A stretch of DNA of 64,000 bases, taken from NCBI GenBank assembly GCA_049325275.1, contig JBMOLU010000008.1:93460-157459 (forward strand), given 5' to 3'. Below, one piece after another: positions 44,340 through 53,365 of the stretch (position 1 is its first letter; each line of letters starts with the position of its first letter). The notes under the pieces were generated by a model. That model ran no database searches, was not told where the DNA came from, and was given only the letters and a program-made list of their open reading frames with translations. Origin of the DNA: Chloroflexota bacterium (GTDB lineage: Bacteria; Chloroflexota; Anaerolineae; Anaerolineales; UBA4823). The position numbers and the translations under genes are program-made.

Positions 44340-44642
44340 ATGCATGAAACACCCACCACCGGCCTGTTTTCGCCGCCCGCCCTGCTCTACCTGGGCATGG
44401 GCCTGGTAACGGCCCGCATCCTGCTTGAAGGCACGCGCACGCGCGGCTTGAAATGGCTCGAATGGTTGCAACTGCTGATCAAAGCAGCTTCCATCACGCT
44501 GCTTTGGCCGTTGGTATTGTTTTTGGAGCGATTTGAAGCCTGGCTCAAGGACATCAAACCTGCCGCTGAACAAGATGAAATAACGCACACCGTTTCCGCA
44601 CCCGCTTCCCACGAGGCCGTCCATGACAACGCAAGCCACTAA
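44340..44642 (+). CDS. Small hypothetical membrane protein (about 100 aa, two hydrophobic helices)
   Basis: MHETPTTGLFSPPALLYLGMGLVTARILLE..LLWPLVLFLERF; overlaps the APC start; an alternative ATG lies at 44301. Confidence 0.5.
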   Translation: MHETPTTGLFSPPALLYLGMGLVTARILLEGTRTRGLKWLEWLQLLIKAASITLLWPLVLFLERFEAWLKDIKPAAEQDEITHTVSAPASHEAVHDNASH

Positions 44643-46101
44643 TGCCATCGCCCCCGCCAAAAGCCCGGCGCGCAAGACCCTTGGGCTAACCGGGGTTACC
44701 ATCAACGCCATGGCGTTGACGGCGCCCGGGGCTTTCATTTGGCTGCTTTACCAGGCGCAGGCGGCTGCCACGCCGGGTGGCTACCTCGGCATCTGGCCGG
44801 GCGTGCTGTTGGCGCTGCTGGGGGCCGTGATCACGGCGCTTTCGTTCGGCGAACTGGCCCGCCGCTATCCCGAGGCCGGCCTGCGCAGCGCCTATCATTT
44901 TGCCGAGCAGGTTTTCCGCACGCAGGCCCTTCCGGCCCACCGCCCACGCGCGCGGGCAGCAAAGTTCATCACCGGCTGGACGGCCCACCTGTATTACTGG
45001 GTGTACCCTGGCGTGATGGTGGCCTTTATGGGCATCCTGGCCGACTACTTGCTGCGACAGTTTGGCTACCGGCCGACCGTTGCCGGCCAAATTATTCTGG
45101 CCTGCGCCTTTGCCGCCTTCATCGGTTTCCTGGCGCTGCGCGGAATCACCGGCACGACCACGTCGAGCATCATTCTCAACACCGTCCAACTGGTGACTCT
45201 CCTGGCCTTCAGCGGGCTGGCGATCCTGTTCCGCGTTACGAATCCGTTGGGGCTGGCGCCGGGCGAATGGGCAGCCCCCAGCGCCACAGCCGTTCTGCTG
45301 CCAGCCGGACTGGCCTCGCTGCTGCTCCAGGCGGCCCTGGCAATGATGTTGATGGCCGGATTCGAATCGTCCACCAGCCTGGCCGTTGCCGCTAACAATC
45401 CCAGCCGGGATATTCCTCGGGCCGCCGTACTGGCGTTGATCCTGCAAGGTGTGTTGGTCTACCTGCTCGAGTACTTTGCCGGCGGCCTGGCCTTCAACAC
45501 CCGCCTGGCGGCCCCCGCCTCGCTGCCGGCGCCCATTGGCGAGCTTGCCATACAAATCGGCGACGCCTTGCTGAAAGGCAATGGCTTTTCCTTCATGATG
45601 ATCATCGCCATGACAGTCATCGTCGCCCTGATCGCCGCCACGCTGACGGCCATGAACAACGGGGTGCGCATCACCTTCTCGATGGCCATGGACGACGAAC
45701 TGCCCGACCTGCTGGGCTTTCTGCATCCGAAATATGCCACGCCTTACGTAATCGTGATCCTGATGGGCGCTTTCAGCGGCGTAGTCGGTGCGGCCGGACT
45801 CCTGGGTGGCCTGCCGGTCCTGATGGGCATCATCCTGGCGGCAAATCTGGGCGCCTTCGCACTATACGCCCTGCTGTGTACGCTCACAATTGCCGCCTAT
45901 GCCGGCACCCCGGCGTTCCACGTCGTCAAACATGGCCTGCTTCCCATCCTGGGGCTGGCGCTCAACCTGGGCATGGTAATTGCCGTGCCCGTGATTGGCT
46001 TCGTCAGCGGCGGGCCGTTTGCCCAGGCAGCGGCCATCGCAGCCGGCCTGGCCGGGCTATGGCTGTTAATTTGTACCGTGTATTTTTTCATCAAGAAGTA
46101 G
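44623..46101 (+). CDS. APC-family amino acid/amine permease (paralog 1)
   Basis: KTLGLTGVTINAMAL.APGAF, ELARRYPEAG, AGFESS, HPKYATP; about 12 TM. Confidence 0.9.
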   Translation: MTTQATNAIAPAKSPARKTLGLTGVTINAMALTAPGAFIWLLYQAQAAATPGGYLGIWPGVLLALLGAVITALSFGELARRYPEAGLRSAYHFAEQVFRTQALPAHRPRARAAKFITGWTAHLYYWVYPGVMVAFMGILADYLLRQFGYRPTVAGQIILACAFAAFIGFLALRGITGTTTSSIILNTVQLVTLLAFSGLAILFRVTNPLGLAPGEWAAPSATAVLLPAGLASLLLQAALAMMLMAGFESSTSLAVAANNPSRDIPRAAVLALILQGVLVYLLEYFAGGLAFNTRLAAPASLPAPIGELAIQIGDALLKGNGFSFMMIIAMTVIVALIAATLTAMNNGVRITFSMAMDDELPDLLGFLHPKYATPYVIVILMGAFSGVVGAAGLLGGLPVLMGIILAANLGAFALYALLCTLTIAAYAGTPAFHVVKHGLLPILGLALNLGMVIAVPVIGFVSGGPFAQAAAIAAGLAGLWLLICTVYFFIKK

Positions 46102-46163
46102 GGGCGGACCCGGTTGTCCACCGGCCCGCGTGTTCGCCGGACAACCGGGAAAGGCGCCGGGGG

Positions 46164-46177
46164 TACCCAAATGGGTA
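46164..46177. promoter_or_regulatory. Palindrome TACCCAAATGGGTA (third copy)
   Basis: Identical to 41021-41034; intergenic, upstream of APC paralog 2. Confidence 0.45.
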
Positions 46178-46398
46178 TCTTCCGGGCTTGGTTTCACGCC
46201 CGAATTTGCGTTTTTATGCTCCAGTAAGCTCTCAAGATGCCCCATACGGGTACTGGTTTGGCACGCCTGCCTTACGTAAAATGGATTTTGTATCACCTAT
46301 TTGGACGAAATTGGCGATCGGTGTTTCCAACAATCCACACACTGCGCATCAATGCTGGTCGCCGGTGACCCGAATCCTGGGCACCAGAAAGGACAAGC

Positions 46399-47937
46399 AT
46401 GTCTAACCAACCCTCAGCCATCAAAAAAACTCTCGGCCTGACCGGTGTGACCGTCAACGCGATGGCCTTGATCGCGCCGGGCGCATTCTTATGGATGACT
46501 TACCAGCTCCAGGCAGCCAACGTCGACGCTGCAGGCGTCAGTACGGCCAAAGATATGTGGACGGGCATCGTTACCGCCCTGATCGTCGCCTTCTTGACGG
46601 CCATTGCCTTCTCGGAACTGGCACGGCGCTATCCCGATGCCGGTTCGGGCAGCGCCTATTATTTCGCTGAAAAGGCCTTTCTGGACAGGGAGAAAGCACA
46701 TCACCGGCGTTGGGCGCGCCTGGCCAAGTTCGTTACGGGATGGGCAGCGCACCTGTTTTACTGGGTTTACCCGGGCGTGATGGTGGCCTTCTTTACCGTT
46801 CTGGCAACCTATATCGCAGGCCAGTTCGGCATTGTCATCCCTATCCTGGGACAAATCGTCATCGCCTGGCTTTTTGCTGCCCTGGTCGGATCGATCGCCA
46901 TGCGCGGCATCAACGGCTCGACGACGGCTTCGATCGTCATCAATATCATCCAACTCACGGCCCTGGTGGTGTTTTCTGTGTTAGCGATCCTTTTCCGGGT
47001 GCAAAACCCGCTGGGGATACAGCCTCATGAATGGTACCATCCGACGAGTTCGTCGATCGTCTTCCCGCACAGTTTGAGCGGGATGTTGTTCCAGTCGACG
47101 ATTGCCATTTTGATCCTGGTCGGTTTCGAATCATCGACCGCACTCGGCGCAGAGGCAAAGAACCCCAAGAAAGACATTCCGCGCGGCGTGATCCTGTCGT
47201 TGGTCATTCAAGGCATCTTCGCTTACCTGCTGGAATATTTTGCGGCCAACTACGCCTTGAGCGATCGGTTGGTTTCTGCCGACGGGGCCTTGAAAGGCAT
47301 TTCGGCTGCGGCTGCCTCGGGGGCTCCAATCGGCGACCTGGCCGTCCAAATTGGCAACACGTTCCTGGCCGGGAATGGCTTTGCCTTTATGTTGATCATT
47401 GCCTTCACGGTAGCGATCGCCATTCTCGGAACAACGCTGGCAGCCATGAACACGGGGGTGCGCATCAGCTTCGCCATGTCGCAAGATGCCGAAATGCCCG
47501 ATCTGATGGGTATGCTGCACGAAAAATACGCCACCCCCTATGTCGGTGTCGTCATCATGGTCATCGTTTCGGGCCTGGTTGCTACGATTGGCGTGGCAGG
47601 TGGTGTGACAGCCCTCACCGGGATCACCCTGGCCTCGAACCTCGGCACGTTCGTCTTGTATGCCCTGATCTGTGGTTTGACCTTCGTGGCTTTCAACGGA
47701 AACGCCGAATTCGACCCCTTCAAACACGCCGTGATCCCTTTCGCCGGCCTGGTGGCCAACGTGATCATGGTACTGGCAATTTTCATCATCGGCATTCTGT
47801 CGGGCGGCACCACTGCGCAGGCAACCTTCCTGTCCCTGGGGATTGCGGCTGCCTGGCTTACGCTGAGCGTGGTCTATTTCATAGTTAACAGCCGACGAAC
47901 CGGAAAGGCAATCATTCCAAAAGTCGTAGGAAACTGA
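46399..47937 (+). CDS. APC-family amino acid/amine permease (paralog 2)
   Basis: KTLGLTGVTVNAMALIAPGAF, ELARRYPDAGSGSAY, VGFESSTALGAEAKNP, HEKYATP; RBS AAAGGA. Confidence 0.92.
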   Translation: MSNQPSAIKKTLGLTGVTVNAMALIAPGAFLWMTYQLQAANVDAAGVSTAKDMWTGIVTALIVAFLTAIAFSELARRYPDAGSGSAYYFAEKAFLDREKAHHRRWARLAKFVTGWAAHLFYWVYPGVMVAFFTVLATYIAGQFGIVIPILGQIVIAWLFAALVGSIAMRGINGSTTASIVINIIQLTALVVFSVLAILFRVQNPLGIQPHEWYHPTSSSIVFPHSLSGMLFQSTIAILILVGFESSTALGAEAKNPKKDIPRGVILSLVIQGIFAYLLEYFAANYALSDRLVSADGALKGISAAAASGAPIGDLAVQIGNTFLAGNGFAFMLIIAFTVAIAILGTTLAAMNTGVRISFAMSQDAEMPDLMGMLHEKYATPYVGVVIMVIVSGLVATIGVAGGVTALTGITLASNLGTFVLYALICGLTFVAFNGNAEFDPFKHAVIPFAGLVANVIMVLAIFIIGILSGGTTAQATFLSLGIAAAWLTLSVVYFIVNSRRTGKAIIPKVVGN

Positions 47938-48482
47938 TGGCCCCCTTAGACACCTCCACCCTGCGCATCATCCGCTATGGCCCCGATCAAGTGCAAGCCC
48001 TGCATGAAATCATCACCGAATGTGGTGAGGATCTGAAACGCCGCTTTGGATTGATTCACTGGGCGCCACCGCAACCGCTCGAACACCTGCGCCGTGAGGC
48101 CTACGAATCGAATGTCTACGGCATTCACCGGCAAAACGGGCACGGGGAGGAGGTGCTCGGGACCTTTACGGTCGGTACCAACGGCTGGACATACGACGAG
48201 AAACTGTGGGCAGACGCCCGCCACCGCCCGCTCTACCTCGGCAAACTGGCCATACGCCCGGAACATCAGGGGCAGGGCCTTGGAAAGTGGTGTGTCTGGA
48301 AAGTAGAAGAATTTGCCCACGCCTGGAAATGCCAGGTCGTGCGTTTCGATGCCTTTGCCCAACACACGCATCTGATCCGGTTCTACCAAAACCAGGGATA
48401 TACCGTGCGCGGCACGCGCCCGGTCATCGATTGGCGCGGCCTGGAATGGGAGGTCGTTTACTTTGAAAAGGTTCTCGAGTAA
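47937..48482 (+). CDS. GNAT-family acetyltransferase
   Basis: LYLGKLAIRPEHQGQGLG (motif A), VRFDA, LIRFYQNQGY. Confidence 0.88.
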   Translation: MAPLDTSTLRIIRYGPDQVQALHEIITECGEDLKRRFGLIHWAPPQPLEHLRREAYESNVYGIHRQNGHGEEVLGTFTVGTNGWTYDEKLWADARHRPLYLGKLAIRPEHQGQGLGKWCVWKVEEFAHAWKCQVVRFDAFAQHTHLIRFYQNQGYTVRGTRPVIDWRGLEWEVVYFEKVLE

Positions 48483-49362
48483 CGGCTACCATCCGTTAGG
48501 GCGTAACCGCCTGCTGGCTGAAATTGAAGCAAGCGGGTTGAGCATCGTCGGCCCGGTACGGGAAGATAACCAGGACGCCATCCTGTTGCCCGACGAATCC
48601 ATACCGCAGCCTGCCGGCTCATTATTCGCTGTGGCTGACGGCATGGGTGGCTATACGCACGGCGCCATAGCCAGCGCCCTGGCATTGGAGACCTTGTTCA
48701 CCGCCTTGCAGCAAAGCCCAAACCAAAAACCCGAAAAAGCACTGCGCCGCGGCATCGAGGCTGCAAACCTGAACATTTTCAAAGCCGCCCAAAACCTCGG
48801 CGTCGGGCGCATGGGCACAACCCTTACGGCCGCCTACATCTGTGGGAGCAGCCTCTACCTGGCCCATGTCGGTGACAGCCGGGCCTATCTGATGCGGCAA
48901 GGAAAAATAAGCTGCCTGACCAACGATCACACATTGGTCGGTGACATGGTGCGCGCCCGCCTGATCGCACCTGCCAAAGTTCGCACCCACGCCCAACGCT
49001 CGATCCTCACACGCGCCCTCGGATTGGCAATGTTTATCCAGCCGGACGTCGAGCAGTTCAAGCTCGAGGCCGGCGATCGGTTGATCCTTTGCAGCGATGG
49101 CGTCTGGTCTGCCTTGCAAGATGAGGAGATCGCTCAAATCGCCGGCCAGAAGGCCCGCGCGGAAACATTAGGACAAGCGCTCGTCGACCAGGCAGTTGCA
49201 CACGAAACCGACGATAACTGCTCTGCCGTGGTGATGCACGTCCAGGGATTCGTCGAGATCGAATCGCCGGCTGATAGCCAAAACGGCCTGCCAAAACAAA
49301 CGAGTTGGCTTCGAAAGATTTTCGGGCTTAACCGCTTACCCGTGGAGCAGTATCAAAAGTGA
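48463..49362 (+). CDS. PP2C/PPM-family Ser/Thr phosphatase
   Basis: VREDNQDA, AVADGMGG, MGTTL, HVGDSRAY, LCSDGV, DDNCS; TTG start with GGGAGG upstream. Confidence 0.92.
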   Translation: MKRFSSNGYHPLGRNRLLAEIEASGLSIVGPVREDNQDAILLPDESIPQPAGSLFAVADGMGGYTHGAIASALALETLFTALQQSPNQKPEKALRRGIEAANLNIFKAAQNLGVGRMGTTLTAAYICGSSLYLAHVGDSRAYLMRQGKISCLTNDHTLVGDMVRARLIAPAKVRTHAQRSILTRALGLAMFIQPDVEQFKLEAGDRLILCSDGVWSALQDEEIAQIAGQKARAETLGQALVDQAVAHETDDNCSAVVMHVQGFVEIESPADSQNGLPKQTSWLRKIFGLNRLPVEQYQK

Positions 49363-49376
49363 GCTATGCATACCTA

Positions 49377-49385
49377 TGCTATAAT
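49377..49385 (+). promoter_or_regulatory. Extended -10 promoter in front of the kinase
   Basis: TG-C-TATAAT, 10 nt upstream of ATG 49396. Confidence 0.55.
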
Positions 49386-49395
49386 CGCGGATAAG

Positions 49396-50367
49396 ATGCT
49401 ACAAGTCGGCGATCAGTTTGACCAATATCAGATCCAGTCGCACATGGCCCAGGGGGGAATGAGCGACGTTTACCGGGCTTACGATCTCGTCCACCGGCGT
49501 GAAGTGGTCATCAAGGTTCCCGATCAATCGATGATCGGTGATCCGGCCCAGTATGAACGCTTCCAACGCGAACTGGAAGTGATGAGCACGCTCGATCATC
49601 CGGCGATTCTCAAAGGGTTAGGCTCCGGGCGTTACAATCGCGTCCCCTATCTGGCGACCGAATTTGTCGAAGGCCAATCTTTGCGCGAAATCATCGAAAC
49701 GAGCGCCCCGCTCAAACCCGAAGAGGCCATCCCACTCGTGCTCAAAATTGCCGATGGCATGGCCTATTGCCATCGCAACCAGGTCATTCACCGCGATCTG
49801 AAACCTGAAAATATCCTGGTAACGGTGACGGGCCAACCGGTGATTATGGATTTCGGCCTGGCCCTAACCAAAGGTTCGCACCGTGTGACTTATTCCAACC
49901 TGAGCGCCACGATGGGCACCCCCGACTACATGGCCCCAGAGCAAATCGACGGGCAGCGCGGCGACGCCCGCACCGATGTCTACGCCCTGGGGACGATCCT
50001 GTTCGAAATGCTGGCCGGCCGCCTGCCCTTCACCGGCGACACGCCCATGGCGATCATGGCGCAGCACCTGAACGGCGCTGCACCTCGTCTCGACCGCCTG
50101 AATCCGGCCATTTCGCCGGCATTGGCTGCCATCGTGGCAACCAGTTTGCAGCGCGATGCCGATAAGCGCTATCCCGATATGCCGGCGTTCATGGCCGCCC
50201 TGGAACACCCCGAAAGCGCCGACCTCGCCATTCTGGATACCATCAGCGAGACGCCGCCGGCCGCCCCATCGCTAGAAAACCGGCAAACCGTCAAAGCAGT
50301 CGGCATTGCCTTGGCTATCCTGGCCGGGATTGTCGTGTTGGCGTTTTTACTCCAGGCGCTTCGTTAA
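49396..50367 (+). CDS. Hanks-type Ser/Thr protein kinase with a C-terminal TM anchor and no extracellular domain
   Basis: GGMSDVY, VVIK, HRDLKPEN, DFGLA, GTPDYMAPE, DVYALG; ends in a hydrophobic helix plus QALR. Alternative start at 49366. Confidence 0.92.
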   Translation: MLQVGDQFDQYQIQSHMAQGGMSDVYRAYDLVHRREVVIKVPDQSMIGDPAQYERFQRELEVMSTLDHPAILKGLGSGRYNRVPYLATEFVEGQSLREIIETSAPLKPEEAIPLVLKIADGMAYCHRNQVIHRDLKPENILVTVTGQPVIMDFGLALTKGSHRVTYSNLSATMGTPDYMAPEQIDGQRGDARTDVYALGTILFEMLAGRLPFTGDTPMAIMAQHLNGAAPRLDRLNPAISPALAAIVATSLQRDADKRYPDMPAFMAALEHPESADLAILDTISETPPAAPSLENRQTVKAVGIALAILAGIVVLAFLLQALR

Positions 50368-50403
50368 AACGCGCGATCAAAGCCTCTCGTAAGGAAGTCC
50401 GAC

Positions 50404-51747
50404 ATGACCAACGCTTCGCCCGCATCCATCGCTGACGTTTTGCACATCGTTGAGCAAAAGCACATCCGCTACATCGATCTACAGTTTACCGATGTGGTTG
50501 GCGTGGTCAAGAATGTAACTATTCCTGGGCGCGAGCTGGCGCAGGCTCTCGAAAACGGGATCTGGTTCGACGGTTCCTCCATCGAGGGTTTTGCGCGTGT
50601 TGCTGAAAGCGACATGCACCTGCGTCCTGATCTCAATACTTTTGCTGTTTTGCCCTGGCTGGGCGAAAAAGAAGCCACCGCCCGCCTGATTTGTGATGTC
50701 TACACGCCGGACGGGCAACCTTTCCAGGGTGACCCACGAGCCGTCCTGCGCAGGATCATCGCCGACGCCGAAACGATGGGGTTTCGTTACAATACCGGCC
50801 CGGAACTGGAGTTTTTCCTGCTCAAGCCTCACGCCGATGGCAGCCTGCTCCCACCGGTGCCCCACGATTTAGCCGCTTACTTCGACGCCCCGTCCGACAT
50901 GGCCGCCGGGCTGCGCCGCCAGATGGCCAACACACTTGAAGCCCTCGGCATCCAGGTCGAGGCCATGCACCACGAGGGCGCCCACGGCCAGCATGAAATC
51001 GACTTCCGCTATTCCGATGCCCTCAGCACCGCCGACAGTTCCGTCACGCTGCGTGTGGCGCTCAAGATAGTCGCCCAGGCCAACGGGCTGTACTGCACTT
51101 TTCTGCCCAAACCCATGCGTGGCATCAATGGCAGCGGTATGCACGTGCACCAGAGCCTCGAGTATCTGGCCACCGGCCAAAATGCCTTCGCCGATCCGGG
51201 CGATTCGCACGGGCTCTCGAAAATCGCCAAACATTTCATCGCCGGGCAGTTGGCGCACGCCCGCGGGATGTGCGCAATTTTGGCCCCGCTGGTCAACTCG
51301 TATAAACGGCTGGTGGCGGGTTACGAAGCGCCGGTTTTCGTTAGTTGGGCGCGCATCAACCGCTCGGCGCTGATCCGTGTGCCGCGTGCATCCGGAAGCG
51401 AATCGACGCGCCTGGAGTTACGCTGCCCGGATCCGAGTTGCAATCCCTACCTGGCCTTTGCCGTCATGCTCGCCGCCGGGTTGGATGGTATCCGCCGGGA
51501 ACTGCCGGTACCCGAGGCCACCGAAGAAAATATCTATTTACTCGATCGCCGCAGCCCCATGTCGCTGGGAATTTTGCCCGGCTCACTCAACCAGGCGCTC
51601 AACGCCCTGGAAGAGGACGAGGTCATCTGTGCCGCCCTGGGCGCCCACCTTACCGAGCGTTTTATCTCGGCCAAGCGCCTGGAATGGGAAGATTTCCGCC
51701 TCGATGTAACCCCCTGGGAACTGGAAAAATACCTGGCGAACTACTGA
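50404..51747 (+). CDS. glnA: Glutamine synthetase type I (alpha-like)
   Basis: FDGSSIEGF, GPELEFF, HHE..GQHEIDF, PKP..GINGSGMH, NSYKRL..GYEAP, NRSALIRVP, ELRCPDPSCNPYL. Confidence 0.95.
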   Translation: MTNASPASIADVLHIVEQKHIRYIDLQFTDVVGVVKNVTIPGRELAQALENGIWFDGSSIEGFARVAESDMHLRPDLNTFAVLPWLGEKEATARLICDVYTPDGQPFQGDPRAVLRRIIADAETMGFRYNTGPELEFFLLKPHADGSLLPPVPHDLAAYFDAPSDMAAGLRRQMANTLEALGIQVEAMHHEGAHGQHEIDFRYSDALSTADSSVTLRVALKIVAQANGLYCTFLPKPMRGINGSGMHVHQSLEYLATGQNAFADPGDSHGLSKIAKHFIAGQLAHARGMCAILAPLVNSYKRLVAGYEAPVFVSWARINRSALIRVPRASGSESTRLELRCPDPSCNPYLAFAVMLAAGLDGIRRELPVPEATEENIYLLDRRSPMSLGILPGSLNQALNALEEDEVICAALGAHLTERFISAKRLEWEDFRLDVTPWELEKYLANY

Positions 51748-51761
51748 AAAATTCAAGGTAC

Positions 51762-51808
51762 CCGAAAAGCCCTGCCATGGCGCGATAACCGATGGTGGGG
51801 CTTTTCGG
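51762..51808. terminator. Intrinsic terminator after glnA
   Basis: CCGAAAAGCCCTGCCATGG..CCGATGGTGGGGCTTTTCGG. Confidence 0.7.
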
Positions 51809-51847
51809 TTGCACGCGCGATTGGGAGACTTGCAGTACAATTTTATT

Positions 51848-53365
51848 ATGTTCCCTCCGGCTTCTTCGCCAGATAAACCGCCCCGTTTGACAGACAAGCC
51901 GTTCAGGTTTCATGACCTGGGCCAGCGCATCGGTACAGAAATCGATCGCGCCAGCCCACGGCTGCTGGCAGCCTTTCTTTTTTACACCCTGGCCCTGATC
52001 TTCCTGTTGACGCAACTCGATCTGATCGGCGGCGACAGCCCACCCACCGTTTACCTGCCGGTGAGCATCTTGCGCTGGGGCACTTTTCGGCTCGATCCGC
52101 TCATGGGGCAAGTGCCCGTACTTTTCAACCCCGAAAAGCCCCCCTCTTATCTGACACAGATAGACGGCCATTTCTATTCCAAATTCTCACCATTTCCGGC
52201 GTTGCTTTCGATACCCGTGTATGCGATCTACATGCTCGTCGGCCCGCCGGAAAACTACGCCGTTTACCTGACGCTTTCACGCCTGATGAGCGTGCTCGTT
52301 TCGACCGTCACAGCGATCACAGTGTTCTATCTGCTACGCATCATTTTGCCGCAGCGCCGCGCCCTCTTTTTGACCTTCGTGTACGCGCTGGCCACGTTCG
52401 CCTGGCCGATGGCAACGAATACCTTTGCCACGCAAAGTACGGGAGAGATGTTTCTGGCATTGGCTGTGCTGATGCTGGCAAAAATATCCATGCAGCCTTC
52501 ACCGGAGGCGCCAAACGCCGTTCCCGTCAAACTCTACGCCCTGGCCGGTTTCTTTGCCAGCCTTGCGCTGATCTCCCGCCCACAAACTTTGCCCGCGGCT
52601 TTGCTGCTCAGCATTTACCTGCTGCAATTCACCGGTAGAAGATGGCGGGCATTGTTCGCCTATGGAATCGCAGCCACGCCGGCAGCGGTTTTCCTGGCCG
52701 CATACAATACCTGGGCCTTTGGCGCTCCCTGGCGTACAGGTTACCAGGGCGAAGCTCTGTTTGGCTGGTCATACCCGCTATGGAAGGGCCTGCCGGGTAT
52801 TTTGATCTCCCCCAGCCATGGTTTATTGATGTACAGCCCGGTCATGCTGCTCGCATTCGTCGGTGGTTGGATAGTATGGCGGCGGTCAGGAAAAGCGTTA
52901 CCCCAGTGGGCCTTGGGGCGCTACCTGGCCGCTATCAGCCTGCTGCAACTGTTTTTGATGAGCGGCTGGCACTACTGGAACGGTGGCAACGCCTATAACC
53001 AACGTATGCTGCATGAGGTAACGCCGCTGATCGTCCTGCTGATCGGGTTGGCCTGGCACCAGTATGCACCAAGCCGCCTCTTCTCGTTAGCCCTGGCTGC
53101 CACAACCGCATGGGGCATCTGGATGAATGTGGTACGCGTGGCTTTTTACGATCAGCATATTTTTTGGAGCGAAATCTATCGTCCAGAAATCGATTGGTCA
53201 CTGGCCTTTTCAGAGCTGGCGATGTACATCCATTGGCACGGGCTGGCCGGAATGCTTGCGGGAGCAGGCCAGGTTGCACTCATGGTCGGCGGACTGCTGC
53301 TTGCGTTGACTGTGGTCATGATACGTTTTGTGATGGTGAGCAATGCAAAGCAAAGCGCCGGGTAA
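51848..53365 (+). CDS. GT-C-fold-like multi-TM membrane protein (putative glycosyltransferase)
   Basis: GDSPPTVYLPVSILRWG, SKFSP, SRPQ, GLPGILISPSHGL, GNAYNQRML; more than 10 TM. Confidence 0.65.
   Translation: MFPPASSPDKPPRLTDKPFRFHDLGQRIGTEIDRASPRLLAAFLFYTLALIFLLTQLDLIGGDSPPTVYLPVSILRWGTFRLDPLMGQVPVLFNPEKPPSYLTQIDGHFYSKFSPFPALLSIPVYAIYMLVGPPENYAVYLTLSRLMSVLVSTVTAITVFYLLRIILPQRRALFLTFVYALATFAWPMATNTFATQSTGEMFLALAVLMLAKISMQPSPEAPNAVPVKLYALAGFFASLALISRPQTLPAALLLSIYLLQFTGRRWRALFAYGIAATPAAVFLAAYNTWAFGAPWRTGYQGEALFGWSYPLWKGLPGILISPSHGLLMYSPVMLLAFVGGWIVWRRSGKALPQWALGRYLAAISLLQLFLMSGWHYWNGGNAYNQRMLHEVTPLIVLLIGLAWHQYAPSRLFSLALAATTAWGIWMNVVRVAFYDQHIFWSEIYRPEIDWSLAFSELAMYIHWHGLAGMLAGAGQVALMVGGLLLALTVVMIRFVMVSNAKQSAG

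Noticed and set aside
46259-46276. Sigma54 promoter upstream of APC paralog 2 (TGGCACG)
   Set aside because: The -12 TTGC element is absent at the required spacing.
50404-51747. GS-like gamma-glutamyl-amine ligase (PuuA/GmaS), suggested by the neighbouring permeases
   Set aside because: Ammonium-site and flap motifs match bona fide GSI-alpha; not excluded without an assay, but less likely.
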